Source: a virus
Taxonomy: Duplodnaviria > Caudoviricetes
DNA length: 64,000 nt
IMG/VR virus record: IMGVR_UViG_2974670102_000001
Coordinates: 160,001-224,000 of that record
Reading direction: 5' to 3' (one strand)
A program made the translations under genes and the position numbers. Position 1 is the first letter of the stretch. Every line of letters starts with the position of its first letter. Below the pieces are notes generated by a model. It did no database searches, was not told the DNA's origin, and saw only the letters and a list, made by a program, of their open reading frames with translations. Shown one piece after another: positions 1 through 9,285 of the stretch.

Positions 1-1
1 A

Positions 2-142
2 CTGTTCGTTAATCCGGGCGGTGGTTCGGGTGGGACTCCGGGTAACAACTCGTACGGCTTCTCGTTGCCCATGGAATCTATCAACGGCGTGGCCAAGAAC
101 GTGTTCAATAGCGTTCAGTCGACACTCGGTAACCTATTCTAG
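2..142 (+). CDS. 3' end of upstream tail/baseplate gene (partial)
   Basis: Open frame from the window edge to TAG at 140-142; overlaps the SD (AGGAG) of the next gene. Confidence 0.6.
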   Translation: MFVNPGGGSGGTPGNNSYGFSLPMESINGVAKNVFNSVQSTLGNLF

Positions 143-150
143 GAGTTAGC

Positions 151-501
151 ATGGACGGATACTCTGGCGACATGAATTGGTCGCGATACACGCCGGTCGA
201 TAGCACGACCACGAACTATGACTTGTTTCGATCGGCATTCCGAAATGTTCGGTTCAACGTGGAATCCCAAACGCGCTACCAGATCACGAGTCTAGACATG
301 GCTAACCTGCCGGGACTCGCGTACAAGTTCTTCGGGGACACCAGCCTGTGGCGCGCGCTCATGGCCTATAACGGCATCACAGACCCGCTTTCTGGGGTTT
401 GCGTAGGACTCACGATCAAGGTTCCTACTAAGGCCGCACTTCAGAACTATGTGACTGGTCAGGTCAAGAGCCAACAGCAGCGCCAGTCGATCATTATCTA
501 A
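151..501 (+). CDS. Baseplate wedge protein, gp53/tail-X LysM-like
   Basis: LAYKFFGDTSLWRALMAYNGITDP...IKVP is a LysM-like wedge motif; first gene of the baseplate run. Confidence 0.75.
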   Translation: MDGYSGDMNWSRYTPVDSTTTNYDLFRSAFRNVRFNVESQTRYQITSLDMANLPGLAYKFFGDTSLWRALMAYNGITDPLSGVCVGLTIKVPTKAALQNYVTGQVKSQQQRQSIII

Positions 502-510
502 GGAATTCAG

Positions 511-1632
511 ATGGGTTTCGCAGTCAACGACCGGCTGGAGGTCAGTCTGTTCATCAACGATCAGGAGTTCCCTCTTGATTCATTGAACGTGCTTCACTTC
601 CTGCACATAGCGTGGGGGACGCGTGGTCTAGTCCCTACCATCCACCTGTCCGTGTTTGATGCGCAGCACACGCTGGATGCCGTTCCGCTTCAGGACGGCA
701 TACCTATTCGAGTGGCGATCCGCGCGTATCAGGGCCAGACGCAGACCTACAACTTCCGGAAATACGACCACAAAAAGACGAACACCGGCAACGGCTTCAC
801 GTATAGGCTGGACGGCTATCTGGACGTTCCAAAGTACTGGCTAGGGACATCCGTTGTTGGGATACGTGGCACTTCTAACGAAGTGCTGAATCAGATAGCA
901 ACCTCGTGTGGCATGAAGTATGAAGGCGTGTCCACGGCCGACAGTCAGTTGTGGCTACCGCGTAACCGTACGTACGCAGAATTTGCACGCCACGTAGCCG
1001 ATGCTGGCTACGCCACTGACTCATCGTACATGGAAATGGCGGTCACGAGCTACGGAGCAATACGCTATCTGGATGTGAATGCACTACCACAGACCACCAC
1101 GAAGGTTACGCTCGGCCAGTTTGTGCAGGGGTCACTTACCGCTGCTGATTACAAGCCTCATGCCCGATCCGGTATGAACAACAAGATGACGGGTTACCAG
1201 AACACAAAGTACTCCCAATCGTTGTCCGGTGACGTGCTGAATAGTGCGACCTCGACCCTTGTGTTCAATCCGGATTCGAGTGCTCCGCTCTTCAACGCGA
1301 AGGTGCGCGAGGACGCGGCGCGCGGCTACCAGACGTTTGGTGGTATCGACGTTGGGAACACACACGCTAACTACGACAAGGCCCTGTACCAGAACCTCCG
1401 GTACTCGAACCTGTTCTCGCTCGACGTGGAGTTCCTGATGGCGTCACCTACCACATTCGAGCCCATGGACACGTTCTCGTTCATCGTGGATCAGGAAACG
1501 AATTTGGTCGACCGCGCATACGCCGGGACCTATACGGTGGTGGCACGCGCCATCTTCATCACGGGTGCTACGTACGCCGAAAAGATTCTGGGCACGCGCA
1601 GCGGCATGGACACGACATACACGAGTGGTTGA
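511..1632 (+). CDS. Baseplate hub protein (gp27/GPD-like)
   Basis: 373 aa, directly before the spike gene; 'GTSNEVLNQIA..CG' hub-type segment. Confidence 0.6.
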   Translation: MGFAVNDRLEVSLFINDQEFPLDSLNVLHFLHIAWGTRGLVPTIHLSVFDAQHTLDAVPLQDGIPIRVAIRAYQGQTQTYNFRKYDHKKTNTGNGFTYRLDGYLDVPKYWLGTSVVGIRGTSNEVLNQIATSCGMKYEGVSTADSQLWLPRNRTYAEFARHVADAGYATDSSYMEMAVTSYGAIRYLDVNALPQTTTKVTLGQFVQGSLTAADYKPHARSGMNNKMTGYQNTKYSQSLSGDVLNSATSTLVFNPDSSAPLFNAKVREDAARGYQTFGGIDVGNTHANYDKALYQNLRYSNLFSLDVEFLMASPTTFEPMDTFSFIVDQETNLVDRAYAGTYTVVARAIFITGATYAEKILGTRSGMDTTYTSG

Positions 1633-1634
1633 TC

Positions 1635-2435
1635 ATGGGATTCAAAACACAGAATGCAAGCGTTAGGCAGACCGAAGATTATGGCAGCAGCTATTACGTC
1701 GGCGTCGTAACCGCAAACAACGATCCACTTGGCCTCAGCCGAGTGCAGGCCAACGTGCCGGGCCTCATGGATACTGCGGCCGGTGAGGTTCCTTGGATCG
1801 GGAGCCTGCGAGACAGTCCGTTTGGCTACGGAACAGGACCCAAGGGCCCTTATGGCTGGTACGGGAGCCCGCAGGTAGGCTCCAAGATCAAGGCAGAGGC
1901 GCAGGGTGGGGACATCCTGCGATGCCTCTACACGAGCCTTCTGACGAAGCCGGATATGCACCCGTGGTTCACGAACCCGCAGCGCTGGGGTTATGTCGAT
2001 CCGTCTGGCAACAGCCTACAAGTCGACATGGCGGCCGGTACGTGGGTGTGGACGCATGTTTCGGGTGACCAGATATCCTACGATGGCAGTGGCAATCGTG
2101 TGAACGTGATCAAGGCCAACGAGACAACGAATGTGCAGGGCAGCGAGACCCACAACATTCAGGGCAGTCTCCAGTTCAACGTGAGTGGCAATGCGACGGT
2201 CCAGTGTTCGTCGTTCAATCTCCAGTGCAGTGGCAACGCTTCGTACTCGGCGGTCACACACCAATTCAACGGGCCCGTGACGATGAGCAGCACTCTTGCC
2301 ACAGGCGGTGACATAACGGATCAGACAGCAAGCGGCAACAGCACGACAGTGGGTCAGTTCCGCACGGCTTACCGCAATCACTACCACCACGTGCCGGACA
2401 ACCCAGACACCAGTACTCCGATCCCGCAGTTCTAA
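1635..2435 (+). CDS. Baseplate central spike (gp5/gpV-like)
   Basis: N-terminal OB fold YVGVVTANNDPLGLSRVQANVP, beta-helix repeats (ETTNVQGSETHNIQG), C-terminal HYHH metal-binding tip; no lysozyme domain. Confidence 0.85.
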   Translation: MGFKTQNASVRQTEDYGSSYYVGVVTANNDPLGLSRVQANVPGLMDTAAGEVPWIGSLRDSPFGYGTGPKGPYGWYGSPQVGSKIKAEAQGGDILRCLYTSLLTKPDMHPWFTNPQRWGYVDPSGNSLQVDMAAGTWVWTHVSGDQISYDGSGNRVNVIKANETTNVQGSETHNIQGSLQFNVSGNATVQCSSFNLQCSGNASYSAVTHQFNGPVTMSSTLATGGDITDQTASGNSTTVGQFRTAYRNHYHHVPDNPDTSTPIPQF

Positions 2436-2456
2436 ATTTAATAGAAAGGAGTGCTT

Positions 2457-2885
2457 ATGAGTACACCAACAGCATACCAACTTAGCACCGTCGACGCGGT
2501 GTGGGTAGATGCGAGTTCGAAGTTCACGATGGACGGCAACCCGGACCTGCTGCCGGATGTGCTGGCTGTAAATAACTCGCTCTACAACCTGTTCTCATGT
2601 CAGATCGGGGCGCGGGCCCGTATCTTCCAACCGGAGTACGGAGCCGCGTTGCTGACGTTCCTTCAGGAACCACTGGATCAGGGAACAGCAGACAAAATTC
2701 AGGTGGCTTTCATTCAGGCAATCGCTCGATGGGAGCCGCGCATCAAACTCGACTTCAGCAACACGTGGGTCCGTCCGGACTACACGCTGCCCGGCTACCA
2801 GATTCGAATAGCGTACGCGCTGAACCTGAACCTGAGCACGCAGGGCGTTGCTGGTTTCACGATCAAGACTTCATCCACCCAGTAA
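2457..2885 (+). CDS. Baseplate wedge/sheath initiator, gp25/GPW-like
   Basis: GARARIFQPEYG...EP...AIARWEPRI signature. Confidence 0.9.
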   Translation: MSTPTAYQLSTVDAVWVDASSKFTMDGNPDLLPDVLAVNNSLYNLFSCQIGARARIFQPEYGAALLTFLQEPLDQGTADKIQVAFIQAIARWEPRIKLDFSNTWVRPDYTLPGYQIRIAYALNLNLSTQGVAGFTIKTSSTQ

Positions 2886-2894
2886 GGTTCAACG

Positions 2895-4724
2895 ATGGCC
2901 ACCTCAACTCGTCCCAACACACTAGAACTGTCGGACATGACTGCTGACGTTGATCAGTTCGTTCAGCAGTTTCAAGCGTTTCTGCAAGGCCGTCCAACGT
3001 GGGTTGGCAACCTGACGACCGCTACCTCGGAAACCCTGATTGAACTCGCGGCCTCGGTGGGCGCGTTCGCTCAAGGTCGTATCATTCGTGCTGCTGAGGA
3101 TTGCTTTGCGGAGACCGCACAGTCGGACTCATCGATCCTCAGCATCACTCAGATGCAGGGCTTGCGCATATCGCGCTATCTGCCTGCTGGTCTCCCGACG
3201 CAACTCTCGTCCCCGGTTCCGCTGACCGTGCCCCCGCTCACGCAGTTTCAGTGTGCGGGGCAATTCTTTTTCAACCGAGAGCAGATAACATTCACTGACA
3301 CGAACCCGGTGAACGTCACGCTGTTCGAGGGGCAGGTCTACGCCTACGTCATGAATGGTAAGGGTTCCGAACGACAGACGTTTGTCGGAGCCCAAGACGC
3401 GTTCGCAGTGTCTGACCGGGACGTTCAGGTGACGCTCAACGGCATGATCTTGCCCAAAGCGTACGGTGGCCTGTGGAACTTCGACGGGTTGCCCGGCTAT
3501 TCGGACCAGACGATGAGCGACGGTCGACTGCTCATCCAGTTCGGTAACTACGGCGGCCTGAATGGCTTCTTCGGCACGATCCCGGGCATCAACGATCAGA
3601 TTATCGTCAGCTACCCCATCACTCAGGGTATTTCGGGCAATAGCTTCACGACCATCAACAAGCAGGTGACGGTCGCTGGGTTCCCAGAAATCGGGGGCGT
3701 CGCAACCGCAAACCCGACGGGCGGCTCGAACGCGAATCCTATCGTGTCCTACAAGAACGTGGCGTCTGGAGGCTTCGGCACCTATCAGTCTGGTGTAACG
3801 AAATCGCAGTACCAGTCGATCATTGCTACGTATCCGGGCATCGTCGACGTGATGACGCAGGCCCAGCGTGAGATCGATCCTTCGGACCTCAAGTGGATGA
3901 ACGTGGTGCGTGTTGCGGCTCTCACATCGAGCCCGTGGACGCAGGCGCAAATTCAGGACTTCTTGAAGTACTGCCAATCGGTGACCATGTACAGCACGTA
4001 CTTCCATTGGCAGGATGCTATCCCGATTGACCGCGATGTCGAGGTCGATGTTTACATCTTCAACTCGGCAACTATCGAGGCAGTGCGAGAAGCTGTGGTG
4101 TCCGAGATAAATGGCCTGTTCGCACCGCGTCCCGGTATCTTGACCACCAACTTCTACGTCTCGGATTTGGAACGCGCGATCTTCCGCGCGGGTAAAGGTG
4201 CGGTGTCCTACATTATCCCTCGTAGTCCTACCGGTTCCATGATCGTCGGTGCGCCGCCGTCTCCGGTTGCCACGTACACAATCAATCCGAATCAGGCACA
4301 GGGCCTTCCGCAGCTTGTGTACGCGTATGGTATCTCGACGGACATGCAGAACGGTGACGTGGGCTATCCGAGTTCGTGGGTGTACCCGCAGGTTACGCAG
4401 GCAGATGGCACGTCGACGATAACGCTGACGTGGCCCGAAGTTTACGGGGCAAGTAAATACCATGTTTGGGGACGCGATTCGGCGCAAGGTTTCGGTCTGC
4501 TCGCCACGATCAATGCGGGCGATCCGCTGACGTTCACGGATAACGGGACCATCACGCCTGTGGGTCCACTTCCGCCTTCGGGCAACTGGCCGATTCGCTA
4601 CAACCGGCTGCGTCCGGTTGACCCGAATGACCCTACGAAGGGCACAACACTCAAAGTGAATGTGTTCTACGCAGAGCGTCAGCAGCGCTTCGACACGAAT
4701 CCGACCCGCATGCAACTTGGGTGA
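2895..4724 (+). CDS. Baseplate wedge protein gp6/J-like
   Basis: 609 aa; ETLIEL..., FAETAQ..SSI, IQFGN..GTIP, GGSN..., 'VTKSQY' gp6-like motifs; follows gp25. Confidence 0.8.
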   Translation: MATSTRPNTLELSDMTADVDQFVQQFQAFLQGRPTWVGNLTTATSETLIELAASVGAFAQGRIIRAAEDCFAETAQSDSSILSITQMQGLRISRYLPAGLPTQLSSPVPLTVPPLTQFQCAGQFFFNREQITFTDTNPVNVTLFEGQVYAYVMNGKGSERQTFVGAQDAFAVSDRDVQVTLNGMILPKAYGGLWNFDGLPGYSDQTMSDGRLLIQFGNYGGLNGFFGTIPGINDQIIVSYPITQGISGNSFTTINKQVTVAGFPEIGGVATANPTGGSNANPIVSYKNVASGGFGTYQSGVTKSQYQSIIATYPGIVDVMTQAQREIDPSDLKWMNVVRVAALTSSPWTQAQIQDFLKYCQSVTMYSTYFHWQDAIPIDRDVEVDVYIFNSATIEAVREAVVSEINGLFAPRPGILTTNFYVSDLERAIFRAGKGAVSYIIPRSPTGSMIVGAPPSPVATYTINPNQAQGLPQLVYAYGISTDMQNGDVGYPSSWVYPQVTQADGTSTITLTWPEVYGASKYHVWGRDSAQGFGLLATINAGDPLTFTDNGTITPVGPLPPSGNWPIRYNRLRPVDPNDPTKGTTLKVNVFYAERQQRFDTNPTRMQLG

Positions 4725-4726
4725 TC

Positions 4727-5545
4727 ATGACTTACTTCAATTACCAACTCGATTGGCCAAGCACGGATTACAGGGAGAGTCTGCGTCTGGGTTACCGGAC
4801 ACCGCGCTCGATTCTGCTGCCTCCGTACTTGGCAATCAATCCGTACTACGTAGATTACGTGAACGCGATTGACAACGTGTTTGATGAGCAGGTGGACCTG
4901 AAGACTGAGACGCTTCTGAACCTTCGCAACATGTGGGTAACAAACCCGACCATGGAGCAGGAAATCGTGGATCAGGTCCCGGGCGCAGACCCAAACAATC
5001 CCGGAGGCCACATCGTTGAATTCGATGACTGGTCGCAGCCGGAGCGCGATCTTCTCGTCAAACAGGTGAACGCTCTTGGCATGAAGCTTGCGAATGCTGG
5101 CATCATCAGCAACAACTCGTATCAAGCAATCGCCCGCTGGGTCGGTATGTACTGGTACGGAAAGGGCACGCGAGCATTCATCGACTTCATCAACTACAGC
5201 CTGTCCTCGTTCCTAGATGTGAAGCCACTCTGGACGCAGGACTACGTGCACTTCTATAAACCGGACGATCCAGCCATCGGCGCGAAAATCTGGGAAGGCG
5301 GCACGTGGTATCCGACGACGCATGTGCAGATCATCGCGAAGGGCGGCCTTGGCGACCTAGATATCAACACGCTGGTGGCGTTCTTCTACGAGATCGCGAA
5401 CTACAACCTCGTGCTCTACTCGGTCGACGAAGAGTTCGACATGCCGATCACAGACGATCCGACGTTGGCGCGTACGGACGCGCAGATCGTGGCTCTCGGG
5501 CTCTGGGAGCACCAGACCATTTTCATTCAACCCAATACGAACTAA
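4727..5545 (+). CDS. Baseplate wedge protein gp7/I-like
   Basis: WYGKGTRAFIDFI (KGT motif); lies between J-like and fibre genes. Confidence 0.7.
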   Translation: MTYFNYQLDWPSTDYRESLRLGYRTPRSILLPPYLAINPYYVDYVNAIDNVFDEQVDLKTETLLNLRNMWVTNPTMEQEIVDQVPGADPNNPGGHIVEFDDWSQPERDLLVKQVNALGMKLANAGIISNNSYQAIARWVGMYWYGKGTRAFIDFINYSLSSFLDVKPLWTQDYVHFYKPDDPAIGAKIWEGGTWYPTTHVQIIAKGGLGDLDINTLVAFFYEIANYNLVLYSVDEEFDMPITDDPTLARTDAQIVALGLWEHQTIFIQPNTN

Positions 5546-5557
5546 GGACTACGCATC

Positions 5558-7303
5558 ATGGCAGACCCTATCGTACCAAACAGTGCGTCGTTCCTGATCA
5601 CAGATGTGGGCTTGGCCGCTGCATCTGTCGCAAAACCCGATGGCCCGTATATCGAGATCGTGGAGTTCCGCATAGGCGACGGCTACGGCTACACGCCGAG
5701 CGCCAGTGACGTTGGCCTGAACGGCAACACCGTGTACACAGGCATCCCGACTTCCTACCAGTTCGTGGGCCCGGACACGCTGGACATCCTGTGTGAGTTG
5801 CCCCCGGACGCTGGCTATTTCGAGTTCGGTGAAGTCGGCCTCTTCCTTCCGGGCGGCGTGCTGTTTGCGAAGGCCGTGTTCCAGAAGCCGCAGCAGAAGT
5901 TCCCGAAGATGACGAGCGCGACCGTCAACACGTACTCGCTGCACTGCCTGCTGAAACTCAAGCAAGCGCTGGCTCTCATCAACGTGACGGTGCAACAAAA
6001 TCCAGCAATCCTGAACGTGTATTGCTGGTCGGATGTGCGGCCGCCTTCGCTTATGGTGAATCCGTACATTCCGGAACTGCTGGTGCACGAGTTGAGCAAC
6101 CGCGACGACGCCACAATCCTGACGCAGGCCGACGTCAACAGTTGGACTGCTGGGAGTACCAGCTACGCCACGTACTCGCCCAACGGCACGAACGCCACAT
6201 ACTTCCAAGCAGTTGCAGGTAGTTCCACGTGGTTCGAAGTACCGGCCGCACAGTGTCACCCATCCGATCTGGGTCAGGCTAACCGTCAGTTCATGGTGCG
6301 GACGTTCGACGGTTACTTCCGTTCCGTCAACAACATCACGGTCAGCGGCTCAAACTACCGATTCAACCTGAACTGCACGAACGACGGTACGTACAACAAC
6401 ACACCGTTGCCGCGTGCCATCGCCCCCGGCGACACGATTCGGATTTACCGCGACGATCAGATGGGCGGCTCGATCTACTACTCGCAGATCGTAGACCCGC
6501 CGTCGATACCGCTGGCCACGCTTGGCAATCCGGGTCTCGCGTATGGTCGCTACGGCACGTACATGCCGGGCCCGGGCGTCATCGAGACATACGGTATGTT
6601 GCAGAGCCCGAGTCTTGGTGTGAACCAGATTGTGGGTGCTGGCGAGGACATGAACAAAACCTCGTGGGTGTCGGGTCTGTACACCATCGATCAGAATGGT
6701 CACGGGCTACCTGCCAACCTGCCAGTGTCGGCCTCTGGACACGCATGGGTGCACTCGGAAAATGCACTTGCCGTGCAGCAGGGTACGCATAGCAACAACG
6801 TCACCCAGATTTTCTATCCGGCAGGTAATGGCGGTGGTGATAATCGTGGGCGTGGTGGCTACCCTCCGTACTGGCGTGAATGGAACGCCCTCAATGACCA
6901 GAACAATGGTCAGGGAGGCTGGACGGACTGGTTCGCGTTGAACGTCATCGGCAAGCAGGGAGGTGGCACCGGTAGCGTAGTGTCCGCGATGAGTCCCAAC
7001 TCGAACGTCGAAATCGACAAGATTGTCACGCTGACGATTCCATCGGCAGGCAACTGGACCATCATGGGCTGGGCGCACGGCATGGTGAGTGTGTACCATG
7101 GTGCGGTTCTGTACATCGACGCAGCGGCCGTGGACTCCACTGGCGCTTACGGTGATACCGAGGGTATCGGGTTCAACACGCTGTGGGGCACGGTCAGCCA
7201 AGGCTACAGCGCCGGGCAGCAGGTGCAGGTGCGTATGCACACCAACTCGACCACTGACAACTACGGCGATTTCCGCGTGATGGCTCTCGCACTGAAACTT
7301 TAA
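5558..7303 (+). CDS. Tail fibre with baseplate-anchoring N-terminus and pyocin-knob-like domain
   Basis: LITDVGL...EFRIGDG...FEFGEVGLF anchor; DMN...SGLY...NLP...VTQIFY...YWR...WTDW knob. Confidence 0.85.
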   Translation: MADPIVPNSASFLITDVGLAAASVAKPDGPYIEIVEFRIGDGYGYTPSASDVGLNGNTVYTGIPTSYQFVGPDTLDILCELPPDAGYFEFGEVGLFLPGGVLFAKAVFQKPQQKFPKMTSATVNTYSLHCLLKLKQALALINVTVQQNPAILNVYCWSDVRPPSLMVNPYIPELLVHELSNRDDATILTQADVNSWTAGSTSYATYSPNGTNATYFQAVAGSSTWFEVPAAQCHPSDLGQANRQFMVRTFDGYFRSVNNITVSGSNYRFNLNCTNDGTYNNTPLPRAIAPGDTIRIYRDDQMGGSIYYSQIVDPPSIPLATLGNPGLAYGRYGTYMPGPGVIETYGMLQSPSLGVNQIVGAGEDMNKTSWVSGLYTIDQNGHGLPANLPVSASGHAWVHSENALAVQQGTHSNNVTQIFYPAGNGGGDNRGRGGYPPYWREWNALNDQNNGQGGWTDWFALNVIGKQGGGTGSVVSAMSPNSNVEIDKIVTLTIPSAGNWTIMGWAHGMVSVYHGAVLYIDAAAVDSTGAYGDTEGIGFNTLWGTVSQGYSAGQQVQVRMHTNSTTDNYGDFRVMALALKL

Positions 7304-7315
7304 AGAGGTGTACTT

Positions 7316-7960
7316 ATGAATACAGCGGTTGAAGAAGTGAGCACAGTGCAGGAGCAGGAACCACAACCGATCCTGCGCACGTATTACCAGTACATTCCAG
7401 TAGAAGTGGCGGGTATCAAACTGTTCCAGTACAGCGGGAGCAAGATTCAGGCGCAGGAAGGCGATCAGCCTGCCAATTCCACTGAACTTGAACCGCCCCT
7501 CAGCATAGGGCCCACCCTGTGCTACTACTGGGACCAAGATCGCTATCGGTGGTTCTGGTCACCGGACCTCACGAAGCTGGACGGCGCTGGTGCGATCACG
7601 CGTGCAACTGCGGCGGCCGACGCCGCGTTCTCGAAGGCTATGGCCGCTCTCAACCGAGAGTATCCGGAGGCCGAACGCGCTACGTGGGTGCAACAGCGAG
7701 CCGCAGCCGATGCCGTGCTTGCAGGCGGCACCTCGAAGTTGCTGGCCTCGATGCTGTGTGCTGGAGAAACGGCTGAAGAGCTTGCGCTGAAGATCGCGAC
7801 AAAGGCAGATGCGTACGATGCGGCGCTTGGTGCCGCGCTGTTTGATCTCCGGAAGGCCCGCGCAGAAGCTGCTGCGGCCACGCTCGATTCGGCACTGGCT
7901 TCGTGCAAGACCGTGGAAGACCTAGTGAACTACGCGTGGGCTTCCGAGGACATCAAATGA
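7316..7960 (+). CDS. Tail fibre assembly chaperone-like protein
   Basis: STELEPP, YYWD..RW, YPEAERATW.QQ..AA motif; directly after the fibre gene. Confidence 0.65.
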   Translation: MNTAVEEVSTVQEQEPQPILRTYYQYIPVEVAGIKLFQYSGSKIQAQEGDQPANSTELEPPLSIGPTLCYYWDQDRYRWFWSPDLTKLDGAGAITRATAAADAAFSKAMAALNREYPEAERATWVQQRAAADAVLAGGTSKLLASMLCAGETAEELALKIATKADAYDAALGAALFDLRKARAEAAAATLDSALASCKTVEDLVNYAWASEDIK

Positions 7961-8469
7961 GCCAAGCTATCTACGCGCGAATCCTGTACGACGAGATTCG
8001 CATGATGGACCCAAAATCGGGCCTCTACGTCTGGTGTGATCCGGACGAGGCCGGAGTTCTGGAGATTCAGCGCATACTGCATGGCGCTCCGTTTAAAGTG
8101 GAAAACAGTACGGAGTACCACGTAACGGTTCTGTATCACGAGGGCAAGATGCCTGAGCGCATACAGATTCCGGTAGATCGGCCGACAAGTGCGCGGCTTG
8201 CCGGATTCGAGGTGTGGCCGACGGAAAAGGGCAATGTCATGGTGCTGCGTCTAGACAGCCCCGAGCTACAGGAACTCCACGCTGAGTTGCTGCGAACCGG
8301 GCTGACCCACTCGTTCCCGGACTTCAAAGCACACCTAACGGTTGCCAAGAACGTGGACATGAACGACAGAAAGACGCTCGGCTGGTATCTGTCTCGTAAT
8401 CATTACCTGAAGTACTGCCCTACCCATATCACGCTCGATGAACGTGTGAAAGCGTCGTCGCTCGCATGA
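7957..8469 (+). CDS. acb1: 2H phosphoesterase, anti-CBASS nuclease Acb1 (T4 gp57B-like)
   Basis: Two HxT motifs (YHVTVLY, AHLTVA); GLYV, EVW.T..G..VL.LDS..L...H, G.TH.F.D..H collinear with T4 57B as recalled; ATGA overlap gives start 7957. Confidence 0.85.
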   Translation: MSQAIYARILYDEIRMMDPKSGLYVWCDPDEAGVLEIQRILHGAPFKVENSTEYHVTVLYHEGKMPERIQIPVDRPTSARLAGFEVWPTEKGNVMVLRLDSPELQELHAELLRTGLTHSFPDFKAHLTVAKNVDMNDRKTLGWYLSRNHYLKYCPTHITLDERVKASSLA

Positions 8470-8475
8470 CGCATG

Positions 8476-8514
8476 AAAAGCCCCGTACACTTGTTAGGTG
8501 TACGGGGCTTTTTT
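8476..8514 (+). terminator. Intrinsic terminator
   Basis: GCCCCGTACAC/GTGTACGGGGC stem with T run. Confidence 0.9.
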
Positions 8515-8534
8515 GTTACATCTTCTTACATCCT

Positions 8535-8543
8535 CAATTTTAT
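8535..8543 (+). promoter_or_regulatory. Candidate phage late-promoter motif CAATTTTAT
   Basis: Member of the recurrent YAATTTWA(T/G) intergenic motif; follows a terminator and precedes a gene. Confidence 0.5.
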
Positions 8544-8625
8544 CGTGCAGAGCCAATTCGGACCTGTCTTCGTGCGAAAGTGACCAGTCGCACGTTGTTA
8601 GCAATACTGAAAGGATCAGAAGATC

Positions 8626-8844
8626 ATGCACTACGAAGAAAAAGGCCAAAAGCTGCAACGGGAAGAAAAGCTGCTGAACATTTCGGCAGCAGTACAGAGG
8701 AAATCGAACCGAACCCTTCTGTATTCTGGATTCTGCTATTACTGCTACGAACGAGTGCATTCGCCGCATATCTTCTGCGACAATGCTTGCCGTGAGGACT
8801 ACGAAAAGGAAATGCGCATCAAGAACGCCACGACATCACGGTAA
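8626..8844 (+). CDS. Small C4 zinc-finger protein (DksA/TraR- or DUF2116-like)
   Basis: N-terminal helix then GFCYYC...FCDNACREDYEK. Confidence 0.65.
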   Translation: MHYEEKGQKLQREEKLLNISAAVQRKSNRTLLYSGFCYYCYERVHSPHIFCDNACREDYEKEMRIKNATTSR

Positions 8845-8846
8845 GC

Positions 8847-8885
8847 AAAAGCCCCACAAGGACTGAGTCCTTGTGGGGCTTTTTG
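8847..8885. terminator. Bidirectional intrinsic terminator
   Basis: AAAAGCCCCACAAGGAC/GTCCTTGTGGGGCTTTT between convergent genes. Confidence 0.9.
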
Positions 8886-8886
8886 T

Positions 8887-9276
8887 TTATGCGCTGTTCT
8901 GCGCGTAGTACACAGACAGAAACGCAGACTCCGTAGCGGTCGACGGGTTCTGAATTGTCACCGTGTCGTACGCGTCATCGATCACCAGCACCTTGTTCAC
9001 GTTGATGGTCGTCATCAACGTGCTGATGCCAAGGGTGACTTGCACTGGTGCACTCGTCCCTAGGCAGAACGCTGTGACCTTCTTCAGGGTGATAGAGGAA
9101 CCGGGGGAAAGACCGACGGACTGTGCCGCCATGTCGTCGGTTCCGTAAATCCCATCAACTTCACCGAGTTGCTTCAGGACCAGCCTGTTGCCGCCCGTCA
9201 CGTTGAGCCGGAAGCGCAGTGTCCGGGGCTTGACCGGAGGCAGGTTCGTGATGCCGCACACTTGATTAGTAGCCAT
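8887..9276 (-). CDS. Small beta-rich virion protein, paralog of the N-terminal domain of 12453..14459
   Basis: T..PV.V...V...L.IDD..D...I.N.S pattern shared with that fibre. Confidence 0.6.
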   Translation of the reverse strand: MATNQVCGITNLPPVKPRTLRFRLNVTGGNRLVLKQLGEVDGIYGTDDMAAQSVGLSPGSSITLKKVTAFCLGTSAPVQVTLGISTLMTTINVNKVLVIDDAYDTVTIQNPSTATESAFLSVYYAQNSA

Positions 9277-9285
9277 TAGCTTCTC

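Noticed and set aside
3129-4715. Long antisense ORFs (also 31687..32943, 35521..36636, 42014..43333, 58161..59540)
   Set aside because: Shadow frames of GC3-biased genes; no SD and no recognisable motifs
8567-8623. tRNA or known riboswitch in the multi-stem leader
   Set aside because: No T-loop, D-loop or CCA consensus and no riboswitch consensus I recognise; kept only as a candidate leader structure
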